Source: Minisyncoccota bacterium
GTDB taxonomy: Bacteria; Patescibacteriota; Minisyncoccia; Phycocordibacterales; SBAW01
Length of the DNA: 64,000 nt
Assembly (NCBI GenBank): GCA_035546615.1
Contig: DASZWM010000005.1
Coordinates: 32,001 to 96,000, forward strand
Reading direction: 5' to 3'
Below are positions 33,364 through 42,058 of the stretch, in pieces. The translations under genes were made by a program, and so were the position numbers. Position 1 is the stretch's first letter, and each line of letters begins with the position of its first letter. Under the pieces are notes generated by a model. That model had not been told where the DNA came from, ran no database searches, and saw only the letters and a list, made by a program, of their open reading frames with translations.

Positions 33364-35478
33364 TTAGACGGCTGCAACAGGATTTCTTTCGACGATATCC
33401 TGGGTGCCGCGCTTGTAGTTGAAGCGGTCTTCGCTTGAGTCTATGTGGAGTATTAATCCTTCGCTCTTCAATTCCCGAAGCATAAGCGCGCCGATGTTCT
33501 GGGAAATAACGCGGAGCGTTGGATGTACGGAAATGCCCGAACGCAGCTCGACGACAAAGGCTAGCGCGGGCAGGTCGCCGGTAATGCGGCAGGCAACCTG
33601 GTATCCCATCGGGACATAATACTGGGCTAGGGTAGGGGACAGATTCAGCCTCTCGAGGCCTGCAACGTAGCGGGCGAGAAAAGCTTTCGCCTCGTCCGCG
33701 AGCTGTTGCGGTACCTGGCTGAAGTACCATTCGCCGAACCCGTGCTTCGTCGTCAGAAGCGGCATCCGCTGGGTGATGGAACGATGCCGGTGCAGGTCGC
33801 GGAACGAGCCGAAGTCGAGCGGAAACGAGAACTGCATCCCTCCGGCTTCCGCAAGGAATTTCGGCAGCTCCGCTTTTGCGGGGCGGCTGTCCAGGATATG
33901 GCGATGCTTCTGGAGCAGTCGCGGTTCCACGGTATTCCGCAGCAGAAGAACATTTCCGTATCCGGCCTTCGAGCCATTAAGGGTCGGTTCTGCTTCAGCG
34001 GAATAGTAGTACGCATTCTGCATCCACTCTTCGACGTATTCTTCCTGTGCAGAGTAGCGCTTAGCGAAGCCGGAATTCGGATACTTCTCCATTAGCGCTT
34101 CGCCCACCGCATTTGCGATATCGCGCACTTCTGCAAGCGGATGATGGCGCAGGCGCAGGAGATGGTCGGAAGCGTGCCGCAGCTCGGTATGCCACGCGAG
34201 GTTCGTTGCGGCGCCGGCAGGCAGGAATCCCCGCATGATATCGAACGCGCGGGCATTGATGGCCTTCTGCCAAACCTTCTCGTCCTCATCAGTTTGGCGC
34301 GGATGGCGCTTGGCGAGCTCTTCCTTCATGGTTTCGAGCCCATTCAGATGGAATGCGCGCAGCGATTCAAGGAGCTCTGCGCCCTCTGGGGAGTTGTGCG
34401 GATTGCCGAACGCCTGTTTGGAGAAGTCGATGTAACGAGTCGAGGATTCCTGCCCATTGTAGAGCTGGGAGTCTTGTACCGCTTTCGCCGCGAGCATCGA
34501 CACTCCTTCTATAAAGATGGTCGCCGTGCCGTCATCGCCGATGGATTTGTCGCCGTAACCGACATAGTAGGTCTGCATGAAATCTTGGGCGCCCCGCTTG
34601 GCAAGCCTGATCAGGTGCGCATCTATGCCGCCCAGGGAGCGCGAATGAAGTGCTTGAAGCATTGCATCTTCCTCAGCATTGATGATAGCGCCGGTGTCGA
34701 GTACGACTACCTGCCCGTTTCCTGGGAGCGGCTTGCGTACGTGTTTCAGGTCTTCGTATTTTGTAGCAGTTCCTTTTTGTACTTGTTCCTGCGCGGGTGC
34801 GGCGCGTTGTCCGATGTCGCGATCAAGGTAGAGGCGGGGGAGCATCTGCTCAGGGGTCCAGCTGCTTTTTACCTCTTCAAGGTTCGTGCTGACCTGATAT
34901 TTGCCGCTCTTGGTGTAATCGGACTGTAGAATAGGCCCGGTCTCGAAGAAGATGATCTGCGCGATGCGGCGGCCGACCACAAGCGGAATGATGTAATTCT
35001 TGGAGTTGTTGGTTATCTCCATCGTCCAGCGGTTGACGTATCCGACGTCGCCCCAGCCGGCACATTTGCACACTTCTATGAAGTTGCGGCCCATGCTTGA
35101 GCGCGCCTTCATCATCGTCGTGATATGGTCGCGCCCGCCGATGAACTCGTTCGTATGCGCGAGGATGGTTTCGCCGGGCCGCAGGATGATGACCTTGTCC
35201 TCCGGGCTGATGCCGTCCCACTCAAAGTTATATTTTTCGAACGCTTCCTTCGCGGGTACCGCCCGCTCCACCTTAGAGGCGCCCCACACATGCTCCATGT
35301 GCGCGCGGCTCCAGATGTTGTAGAGGCTGTGATTGTACTTGGTCGGCTGCTCGCGGAAGAAATGCTCCCCGAGCGTCACGTCGTAGGAAGAAGTGGCAAG
35401 ATTTTCCCGCTTGAACGGCTCTATAATGACGGAGCCTTCCTGCATCGCTTCGAGGATTTTCTTGTCCGATAGTGCCAT
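33364..35478 (-). CDS. Fusion protein: dCTP deaminase/dUTPase-fold domain (N-terminal) plus a tandem ThyX-like (flavin-dependent thymidylate synthase) region (C-terminal).
   Basis: The N-terminal about 190 aa (MALSDKKILEAMQEGSVIIEPF ... GWGDVGYVNRWTMEITNNS ... ) match the Dcd/Dut beta-jelly-roll family. The C-terminal about 170 aa align to ThyX: FSFPLDFGSFRDLHRHR against [13 protein letters not shown], and AQYYVPMGYQVACRITGDLPALAFVVELRSG against [31 protein letters not shown]. A degenerate upstream ThyX-like half (TATIFIEGVSMLAAKAVQDSQLYNGQESSTRYIDF against [33 protein letters not shown]) lacks the RHR motif. Confidence 0.6.
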   Translation of the reverse strand: MALSDKKILEAMQEGSVIIEPFKRENLATSSYDVTLGEHFFREQPTKYNHSLYNIWSRAHMEHVWGASKVERAVPAKEAFEKYNFEWDGISPEDKVIILRPGETILAHTNEFIGGRDHITTMMKARSSMGRNFIEVCKCAGWGDVGYVNRWTMEITNNSKNYIIPLVVGRRIAQIIFFETGPILQSDYTKSGKYQVSTNLEEVKSSWTPEQMLPRLYLDRDIGQRAAPAQEQVQKGTATKYEDLKHVRKPLPGNGQVVVLDTGAIINAEEDAMLQALHSRSLGGIDAHLIRLAKRGAQDFMQTYYVGYGDKSIGDDGTATIFIEGVSMLAAKAVQDSQLYNGQESSTRYIDFSKQAFGNPHNSPEGAELLESLRAFHLNGLETMKEELAKRHPRQTDEDEKVWQKAINARAFDIMRGFLPAGAATNLAWHTELRHASDHLLRLRHHPLAEVRDIANAVGEALMEKYPNSGFAKRYSAQEEYVEEWMQNAYYYSAEAEPTLNGSKAGYGNVLLLRNTVEPRLLQKHRHILDSRPAKAELPKFLAEAGGMQFSFPLDFGSFRDLHRHRSITQRMPLLTTKHGFGEWYFSQVPQQLADEAKAFLARYVAGLERLNLSPTLAQYYVPMGYQVACRITGDLPALAFVVELRSGISVHPTLRVISQNIGALMLRELKSEGLILHIDSSEDRFNYKRGTQDIVERNPVAAV

Positions 35479-35484
35479 AATCGA

Positions 35485-35528
35485 GTGAAGTGAGTGAAAT
35501 AAAGTTTACTTTAATTCCGAACGAAGGA
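35485..35528 (+). repeat. About 45 nt intergenic motif, copy 2 (see 22261..22305).
   Basis: Sits in the divergent region between the Dcd-ThyX gene (-) and tmk (+). Followed by AT-rich TATATAAT and the palindrome AATTGC-GAA-GCAATT. Confidence 0.6.
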
Positions 35529-35608
35529 TGATTATATAATTGCGAAGCAATTCTATACGGTATAGTGTGTTTCGGGAGTACTATACCACTGTGGAGAGGG
35601 GAACAAGT

Positions 35609-36247
35609 ATGGACAAACGCGGAAAATTTATCGTAATTGACGGCATGGACGGCTCCGGCAAGGGGACGCAGATAAAACTGCTCCAGGAGCGGCTTGCGGA
35701 CAAGGGCGTGCTCTTCACTCGGGAGCCGGGCGGCTCGCCGCTTGGAGAGGAGATCCGGGAGATATTATTGAGGACCGAAGGAAATTCGCGCGGCCCGTTA
35801 GCGGACCTCTTTCTCTTCTTCGCGTCGCGGGCGTCGCATGTGGAGGATACCGTTACGCCGGCGCGCGAGCGCGGTACGCACGTCATAAGCGACCGGTACG
35901 CTTCCTCTACCTACGCCTTCCAGGCCTACGGGGAAGAGAAGCGCGAATTGCTGCCGCTTTTTGATGCGGTCATGCATTCGCTCGACCGGGCGAAGTACTG
36001 GCCGGACCTCTATCTCATCCTCGACCTTCCCGGCGAAATGGCCTACGAGCGCAGAAGGAAGGATGCCGCGCAGGCGAAAAGCGGTTTTGATCTCAAGCCG
36101 CTCGCATACCATGAGCGCACGCGAGAAGGCTTTAAGGCGTTCGCCAAAAGCTACGGTCCGGTCGAATTTGTCGACGCGAGCCGTAGCCCTCAGGAAATCC
36201 ATGCCGATATCTGGAACATTGTCGCTCCCATGGTAGGATTTAAATAA
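35609..36247 (+). CDS. tmk: Thymidylate kinase.
   Basis: KFIVIDGMDGSGKGTQ (P-loop), REPGGSPLGE, DRYASSTYAFQ (DRY motif region) and a lid-region Arg. Confidence 0.9.
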   Translation: MDKRGKFIVIDGMDGSGKGTQIKLLQERLADKGVLFTREPGGSPLGEEIREILLRTEGNSRGPLADLFLFFASRASHVEDTVTPARERGTHVISDRYASSTYAFQAYGEEKRELLPLFDAVMHSLDRAKYWPDLYLILDLPGEMAYERRRKDAAQAKSGFDLKPLAYHERTREGFKAFAKSYGPVEFVDASRSPQEIHADIWNIVAPMVGFK

Positions 36248-36297
36248 TATGATCTAGCGCGCTCAGAGACCGACTTACTTAGCTAACCGATATACCA

Positions 36298-37566
36298 ATG
36301 GATCTCTACGACGCTATACAAAAACAGGATAAGGACGTCTTCGCCACGCTTGAGGGCGAGGAAACGCGCGAGCGGGAAGGGCTTGAGCTCATTCCTTCCG
36401 AGAATTACGTTTCAAAAGCGGTGCGCCAGGCGCAGGGCTCGATATTCACCAACAAATATTCCGAAGGATATCCCGGAAAGCGCTACTACGGCGGACAGAC
36501 GTACACCGACCAGGTTGAGACGATAGCTATCGAGCGCGCCAAGCAATTGTTCGGCGCCAAATTCGCCAACGTGCAGACGCACTCGGGCGCCAACGCCAAC
36601 ATCGCGATGTACATGGCCTTGCTGCAGCCGGGGGACACGGTACTGGGTATGGATCTCAGCCACGGCGGGCATCTGACCCATGGCCACCCGGTTACCTATA
36701 TCACCAAGTTCTTCAACTTTGTGCGCTATAAGATGAAGGACCCGGAAACCGGTGAGATAGATTACGACGACATGCGGCGGGTGGCGCTTGAGGCCAAACC
36801 CAAGATAGTGCTGGCCGGATACTCGGCGTACTCCCGCGAGCTCGACTACGAAAAGATTTCTGCAATAGCAAAAGAGGTCGGCGCGTACGCGGTCATGGAT
36901 GCGGCGCATATCGCGGGCCTTATTGCCGGCGGCGTTGCGAAAAATCCGTTCGACTACGGCTTCGATATCATTACTTCAACTACGCATAAGACTTTGCGCG
37001 GCCCTCGCGGCGGGCTCATCCTGACGCGCGAGTCCGAAGACATTGCCAAAAAAGTGGACAAGGCGGTGTTTCCGGGTCTCCAAGGCGGCCCCTTGATGCA
37101 CGTGATAGCGGGAAAGGCGGTCGCCTTCGGCGAGGCGCTTTCTCCGAAGTTCAAAGTGTATGCGGCGCAGATACTCAAGAACGCCAAAGCGATGGAAGAA
37201 GTATTTCGTGCTGCCAATGTGCGCATGCTCGGCGGCGGCACATCTAACCACCTTATTCTCGCCGATGTGTTCGGCAGCCTCGGCATCCCCGGGAAAGAAG
37301 CGGAAGTTTTGCTCGACCGCGTGGGCATCACGCTTAACAAGAATGTCATCGCAGATGACACGAGGAACCCCATGGACCCGTCCGGCATTCGCTTCGGCAC
37401 ACCGGCCATAACGACGCGCGGGTTCAAGGAAGGGGAGTCCGCCCGCGTAGCCGAGCTTATGCTTGAGGCTATGAAGAATCGCACTGATGAAGCGAAGCTC
37501 GACGCTATCCGCGAGGAGATAAAGGACCTCTGCGCGAAATTCCCGATTCCGGACTCGTTCGTATAA
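36298..37566 (+). CDS. glyA: Serine hydroxymethyltransferase.
   Basis: LELIPSENYVS, KYSEGYPGKRYYGG, PLP-Lys motif TTHKTLRGPRGGLI. 422 aa. Confidence 0.95.
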   Translation: MDLYDAIQKQDKDVFATLEGEETREREGLELIPSENYVSKAVRQAQGSIFTNKYSEGYPGKRYYGGQTYTDQVETIAIERAKQLFGAKFANVQTHSGANANIAMYMALLQPGDTVLGMDLSHGGHLTHGHPVTYITKFFNFVRYKMKDPETGEIDYDDMRRVALEAKPKIVLAGYSAYSRELDYEKISAIAKEVGAYAVMDAAHIAGLIAGGVAKNPFDYGFDIITSTTHKTLRGPRGGLILTRESEDIAKKVDKAVFPGLQGGPLMHVIAGKAVAFGEALSPKFKVYAAQILKNAKAMEEVFRAANVRMLGGGTSNHLILADVFGSLGIPGKEAEVLLDRVGITLNKNVIADDTRNPMDPSGIRFGTPAITTRGFKEGESARVAELMLEAMKNRTDEAKLDAIREEIKDLCAKFPIPDSFV

Positions 37567-37886
37567 AATCGTGCTACAGTAGCAATCGGACGCTCTTCGA
37601 GTCACTTCTTCCAGACTAGCCTTAGGCCATCTTGGCCTCATCGATATGGCTTGGGAGCGTCCGCTTTCCGCAACAGCAAGGGAGTATGTGACATGAAAGG
37701 TCACGTCCGTCACCTCGTGATCTAGGCGGCGCTTAGCGCACTCTGCGGCCTTGGGCCGCGATCACACCCGCCGTCGGTTTATGTCTGAACCGGCAAAACC
37801 CTTCTAGACTAAGAAAGGTCTCCGCTTCAGTCGTTATCGGCCCGCTCCTCCCCGGAGCGGGCCGGCGTTTTTTATCTGTACAATAG
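37567..37886 (+). ncRNA. Candidate structured RNA or highly structured 3' UTR downstream of glyA; identity unknown.
   Basis: About 320 nt without an ORF >=60 aa on either strand. Contains multiple perfect hairpins (GGCCA-TCT-TGGCC; GTGAC-ATGAAAG-GTCAC; GCGGCC-TTG-GGCCGC) and a long-range pairing CGGACGCTC ... GAGCGTCCG. Ends with a strong intrinsic terminator GGCCCGCTCC-TCC-CCGGAGCGGGCC + GGCGTTTTTT (37849..37886). Confidence 0.25.
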
Positions 37887-37890
37887 AGGA

Positions 37891-39012
37891 ATGGTCATCC
37901 GCTCCGGATTTCATCGCCTCATCGAACTATGGGAGCGCTATGAGCGGCCGCTCGCGGCCGGTTCGCTCATCATTGGCTTCATATTCGACCTGTTCATCGC
38001 GCGCAGGCCGGACAACGTGTTCAACAACATCCTCCTGCTCACGTACCTCTTCATTGCGGCGGCGCTCATACTCATCCTCAATATCCGCACGTACCGCCGC
38101 AAGAGCGAGGAGCCTGAAGCAACGCCGCTCTTCCTCCTGCTTGTGCTCCAGTTCTGCTTCGGAGGCCTGGCCTCCAACATGCTGGTGCTGTACGGCAAAA
38201 GCGGCACCTTCGCGGGCTCCGCGCTTTTTCTCCTGCTCCTGCTCGGCATGCTCATAGGCAACGAGTTTTTGAAGTCCCGCTACGCGCAGCTGCGCTTCAA
38301 TATCGTCATCTACTACACCCTGCTCCTGACCTACTGCATCATCGCGGTGCCGACGTTCCTGCTGCACTCGGTCGGCACGCTCGTGTTCCTCGCAAGCGGC
38401 GTCCTAAGTCTCATTCTCATTGCGGGCTTCCTGTCGCTTGTGTACGTCATTATCTTCCGCGGCCGCGACCGCATCGCGCACCTGTACGAAGTGTCGATCC
38501 TGGTCGGGCTCGTGTTCCTTTTCTACAACCTCCTCTACTTTATGAACATCATCCCGCCCGTGCCGCTCTCGCTTCGCGACATCGGCGTGTACCACTCCAT
38601 TACTCGCCTGCCCACTTCCGCGGGCAGCGAGCAGGGGATATATTCCGCCACGTACGAAAAGGCGCCGTGGTACGAGTTCTGGCGCAGCACAAGCCCGACC
38701 TACACCGTATTCTCCTCCGGAGAGGCCGCATGCTTCTCGTCCGTCTTCGCGCCCACCAACCTGTCCGCTCCCATTTACCACCGCTGGGAAAAGCATAACG
38801 ACGAGAAGAACACCTGGGCCACGGCGGCGCGCATCTCGTTCGACATAAGCGGCGGACGCGACGCCGGGTATCGCGGATTCACGACAAGCGCCGTCAGCCC
38901 CGGCCGCTGGCGCTGCGACGTGGAAACCGAAGGCGGCGCGCTCATCGGCAGGACCTCCTTCACCGTCGAGTCGGCCTCGACGACCCCCGCGCTTTCGACA
39001 AAAACCCTCTAG
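37891..39012 (+). CDS. Hypothetical polytopic membrane protein with a C-terminal extracytoplasmic domain.
   Basis: 373 aa. Six to eight TM helices in the first 230 aa, then a soluble Cys-containing C-terminal region. No motif recognised. Confidence 0.45.
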   Translation: MVIRSGFHRLIELWERYERPLAAGSLIIGFIFDLFIARRPDNVFNNILLLTYLFIAAALILILNIRTYRRKSEEPEATPLFLLLVLQFCFGGLASNMLVLYGKSGTFAGSALFLLLLLGMLIGNEFLKSRYAQLRFNIVIYYTLLLTYCIIAVPTFLLHSVGTLVFLASGVLSLILIAGFLSLVYVIIFRGRDRIAHLYEVSILVGLVFLFYNLLYFMNIIPPVPLSLRDIGVYHSITRLPTSAGSEQGIYSATYEKAPWYEFWRSTSPTYTVFSSGEAACFSSVFAPTNLSAPIYHRWEKHNDEKNTWATAARISFDISGGRDAGYRGFTTSAVSPGRWRCDVETEGGALIGRTSFTVESASTTPALSTKTL

Positions 39013-39112
39013 ACGCGGCTTCTGTAGTCTATTGACTTTTAATATATTTGGGTGTATAATAATAGAGGTACTAAATCGCCCAGTTTTTTGGGCTTGAACA
39101 GGGAACCTTCTC

Positions 39113-39694
39113 ATGCAGACAAACGTAATACACACGTCCCGGGGTCCCAAGACTCCGGGCGAAGCGCGGCTGCTCTTCGTGGGGGGTGCGCTGAACAACG
39201 GCGACTTGCTGGGGATCATCAGCGGTCTTGCTGCCATCAAGAACACGGGCGGCGAAGCGTACGAGGTCGCCCGGTACGTTCTTACGCGCAAGGACCAGTA
39301 CCGCGACAACATCGTCGCCAAGGCTCGCGAGATTCTCGGTCTGTCCGAAGCCGCGCCGGCGGCCAAGACTGGGCCACAGCGCGTCGAGGGCCAGAAGCAC
39401 CTGGAGCAACTGGTCCAGGACGTCAAGCCGGGCATGCAGTTGCGTATGCGCTTCAAGCAGAACGGCTTCGCCGGCCTCACCTACCTCAGCGGCATGGAGA
39501 TGGGGGGTGTCATTGAAATCTCCAACGACAAACGGATTCTGATGCAGGTAGCCAATCAAACCCGCGACTGGGGCAACTCTGATCAGAACCGTACCCTGAC
39601 GGTCAGGGTCGCTCACAGTTTCAAGCCGACCTGGTTCAGCCAGCGCCTCTACCGTGAGATCGAGACCATCGAAATCCTGCCGGCGGTCGGCTAG
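39113..39694 (+). CDS. Hypothetical protein.
   Basis: 193 aa. Genome-typical GC3-rich codon usage on the + strand. Preceded by a TATAAT-containing AT-rich stretch. The overlapping - strand ORF 39071..39718 is judged antisense. Confidence 0.45.
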   Translation: MQTNVIHTSRGPKTPGEARLLFVGGALNNGDLLGIISGLAAIKNTGGEAYEVARYVLTRKDQYRDNIVAKAREILGLSEAAPAAKTGPQRVEGQKHLEQLVQDVKPGMQLRMRFKQNGFAGLTYLSGMEMGGVIEISNDKRILMQVANQTRDWGNSDQNRTLTVRVAHSFKPTWFSQRLYREIETIEILPAVG

Positions 39695-39774
39695 GTTCGT
39701 TCGCGCAGTTCGACTCAACTGGCTCCAGCAATGGAGCCAGTCTTCTTTTTATATATACGGTATTCTGCTACTCT

Positions 39775-41421
39775 TTGTGCATGATCCGTGAGGCATTAGA
39801 GAAGGCTATCGCCGCGGCGCTGGGAGAACTCGGCGCCGGCAGTGTTTCGTTTACCGTAGAGCGCCCGGGCTCCATGGACCATGGCGACTACGCCACCAAC
39901 GCGGCGCTTGCCGCGGCAAAAGCGCTCAAGAAGAACCCGAAAGAAGTGGCGCAGATGCTGCTGACCATGCTCAGCAGCATCGAGGGCATAAAAAAAACAG
40001 AAATCGCGGGCGCGGGATTCATAAACTTTTTTATTTCGCGCGAAGCGGTTGCAAAAGAAATCTCGCGCGCCGCGCAGGACGCGGAGTGGGGAAGCAACAG
40101 TTTGTATAAAGGAAAGACGGTGATGGTGGAATATACCGACCCGAATCCGTTCAAGGAGTTCCATATTGGGCATCTGATGAGCAACGCGATAGGCGAGAGC
40201 GTTGCGCGAGTACTTGAAATCTCCGGCGCAAAAGTTATCCGCGCTAACTACCAGGGCGATGTAGGGCCGCATGTGGCAAAGGCTATCTGGGGAAAGATGC
40301 AGAAGCCGGAATTAAGCTGGGGCGAAACGTATGTGCTCGGCAACGCCGAATATGAAGCGCATAAGGCGGATATCGATATGATCAACAAGCAGGTCTACGA
40401 GAAAAGCGACGACAAGGTCGCTGAGCTATATGCCGCGGGACGCAAGCTTTCGCTGGAGCACTTTGAAGAGCTGTATACAGCGCTCGGCACGAAATTCGAC
40501 CGTTACTTTTTTGAAAGCGAGACGACGCCCCTAGGCACGGCTCTTGTAAAAAAGCATCCCGAGCTGTTCGTGGAAAGCGAGGGGGCAAGGGTATTTCGCG
40601 GCGAGGAAGAGGGGTTGCATACCCGCGTTTTTATCACTTCGCAGGGCTTGCCGACGTATGAAGCGAAGGACCTCGGACTTCTGGACGTAAAGAGCAAAGA
40701 GAAGCTCGACGTGTCCATCACCGTTACCGCGAACGAGCAGAACGAGTACTTTAAGGTAGTTCTTGCGGCTGCCGCGCATATCGCGGAACTTGCGGAGATA
40801 GCCGGAAAGACGAAGCACGTCTCGCACGGCATGATGCGCTTCGCCGAGGGCAAAATGTCCTCGCGCAAGGGGAACGTGATCACCGGCGAGTCGCTCTTGG
40901 AAGACCTTAAGGACGCCGCGAAAGAAAAGATGGAGGGCAGGGAACTGGCGGATGCCGAAAAGACTGCCGAGGCGGTTGCGGTGGGAGCGATAAAGTATTC
41001 GGTGCTCAAGCAGGGAAGCGGTCGCGACATTATATTCGACCCGGAGAAGTCGCTGAGCCTCGAAGGCGACTCGGGACCGTATATACAGTACGCGCACACC
41101 CGCGCGCTGTCGCTGCTTAAGAACGCCGGCCGCGAAGGCGTTGAACCAGGAACGGATGACAAGCCTGCTGCAGCAAATGCGCTCGAGCGGCTTATTCTGC
41201 ATTTTCCAGACGTGCTTTCCCGCGCAGCGCAAGAGTTGGAGCCGCATCACATAACGACGTACGTTACGGAACTCGCTTCAACGTTCAACAGCTGGTACGC
41301 GAGCGAGCGGATTATCGGCGGCACCAATCCGCAGTACGGAATTCTCATCGCGCAGGCGGTGGAAGCGACGCTCAAAAAAGGCCTGCATGCGCTTGGCATC
41401 CCAGCGCCCGAGGAGATGTAA
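39775..41421 (+). CDS. argS: Arginyl-tRNA synthetase.
   Basis: N-terminal Arg_tRNA_synt_N, HIGH-region PNPFKEFHIGHLMSNAIG, class I core, C-terminal DALR anticodon-binding domain. 548 aa. Confidence 0.9.
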   Translation: MCMIREALEKAIAAALGELGAGSVSFTVERPGSMDHGDYATNAALAAAKALKKNPKEVAQMLLTMLSSIEGIKKTEIAGAGFINFFISREAVAKEISRAAQDAEWGSNSLYKGKTVMVEYTDPNPFKEFHIGHLMSNAIGESVARVLEISGAKVIRANYQGDVGPHVAKAIWGKMQKPELSWGETYVLGNAEYEAHKADIDMINKQVYEKSDDKVAELYAAGRKLSLEHFEELYTALGTKFDRYFFESETTPLGTALVKKHPELFVESEGARVFRGEEEGLHTRVFITSQGLPTYEAKDLGLLDVKSKEKLDVSITVTANEQNEYFKVVLAAAAHIAELAEIAGKTKHVSHGMMRFAEGKMSSRKGNVITGESLLEDLKDAAKEKMEGRELADAEKTAEAVAVGAIKYSVLKQGSGRDIIFDPEKSLSLEGDSGPYIQYAHTRALSLLKNAGREGVEPGTDDKPAAANALERLILHFPDVLSRAAQELEPHHITTYVTELASTFNSWYASERIIGGTNPQYGILIAQAVEATLKKGLHALGIPAPEEM

Positions 41422-41423
41422 CT

Positions 41424-42026
41424 ATGAAAATACTTGGCCGAGGCTGGCAATATACTACCTACGATATAGGAAATGGTCGCGTGCTTAAAAAGTATAATTC
41501 GTTCCTAGTAGCTTATGCGGTAATGCTCAATGCCTGTGTCAAATCAGATAGGCTTTCGATTTTTAAAATTCCGCAATACCACAGAGGCTGTAAAGAATTT
41601 GCACGAAGCTCTCTAAAGAAAGCGACCAGTGGCCTGCTTGATAGTTGGATGGTTGGCAATCCAAAGCCGCTAAATGAATTGGATTACGAACAAGACAAGC
41701 TCATTCCGCTCCATGAACGCATCAACGGAATTAGTTTAGAAAAGGCAAAAGGGTATATTGACCGTTTTGTTGATTTCAATAAAACTCTTTTGGAGAGAGG
41801 TCTCATCGACAAAAGTTTTAATATTACTAAGAACTTCGGCATAGATTCCGAAGGAAGGATTGTTTTGATGGATCTTGGTGAATTGCACTCAGAAAAGCTA
41901 GCTATAGAAAAACAACGACGTAAACGGATGTGGACGTACCCATATGTAGTAAATTGCATCTTAGATGAGGAAGTACGTGCCTACTATGTTCAGCGGATGG
42001 ACGAAAGCTTTGGATTAGCCGCATAG
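41424..42026 (+). CDS. Small atypical protein-kinase-like protein (tentative), strongly AT-rich gene.
   Basis: KILGRGWQYTTYDIGNGRVLKKY (Gly-rich loop followed by a Lys) ... GLIDKSFNITKNFGIDSEGRIVLMDLGELH (catalytic-loop-like D..N and DLG in place of DFG). GC content is far below the flanking argS and ileS. Confidence 0.4.
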   Translation: MKILGRGWQYTTYDIGNGRVLKKYNSFLVAYAVMLNACVKSDRLSIFKIPQYHRGCKEFARSSLKKATSGLLDSWMVGNPKPLNELDYEQDKLIPLHERINGISLEKAKGYIDRFVDFNKTLLERGLIDKSFNITKNFGIDSEGRIVLMDLGELHSEKLAIEKQRRKRMWTYPYVVNCILDEEVRAYYVQRMDESFGLAA

Positions 42027-42058
42027 CCTTTGTTTTTAAGGCTTAAGTGCTATAGTTT

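Noticed and set aside
33364-35478. The 704 aa ORF read as a ribonucleotide reductase, or as a frameshift artefact joining two genes.
   Set aside because: No RNR motifs are present and the reading frame is continuous with no internal stops. The N- and C-terminal domain signatures (Dcd/Dut fold; ThyX-like) lie in one frame, so a genuine fusion is the more parsimonious reading, pending confirmation.
39071-39718. A 215 aa minus-strand ORF overlapping the plus-strand ORF 39113..39694.
   Set aside because: The plus frame shows the genome-typical strong GC3 bias and a better upstream promoter and RBS context. The minus frame looks like its antisense shadow.
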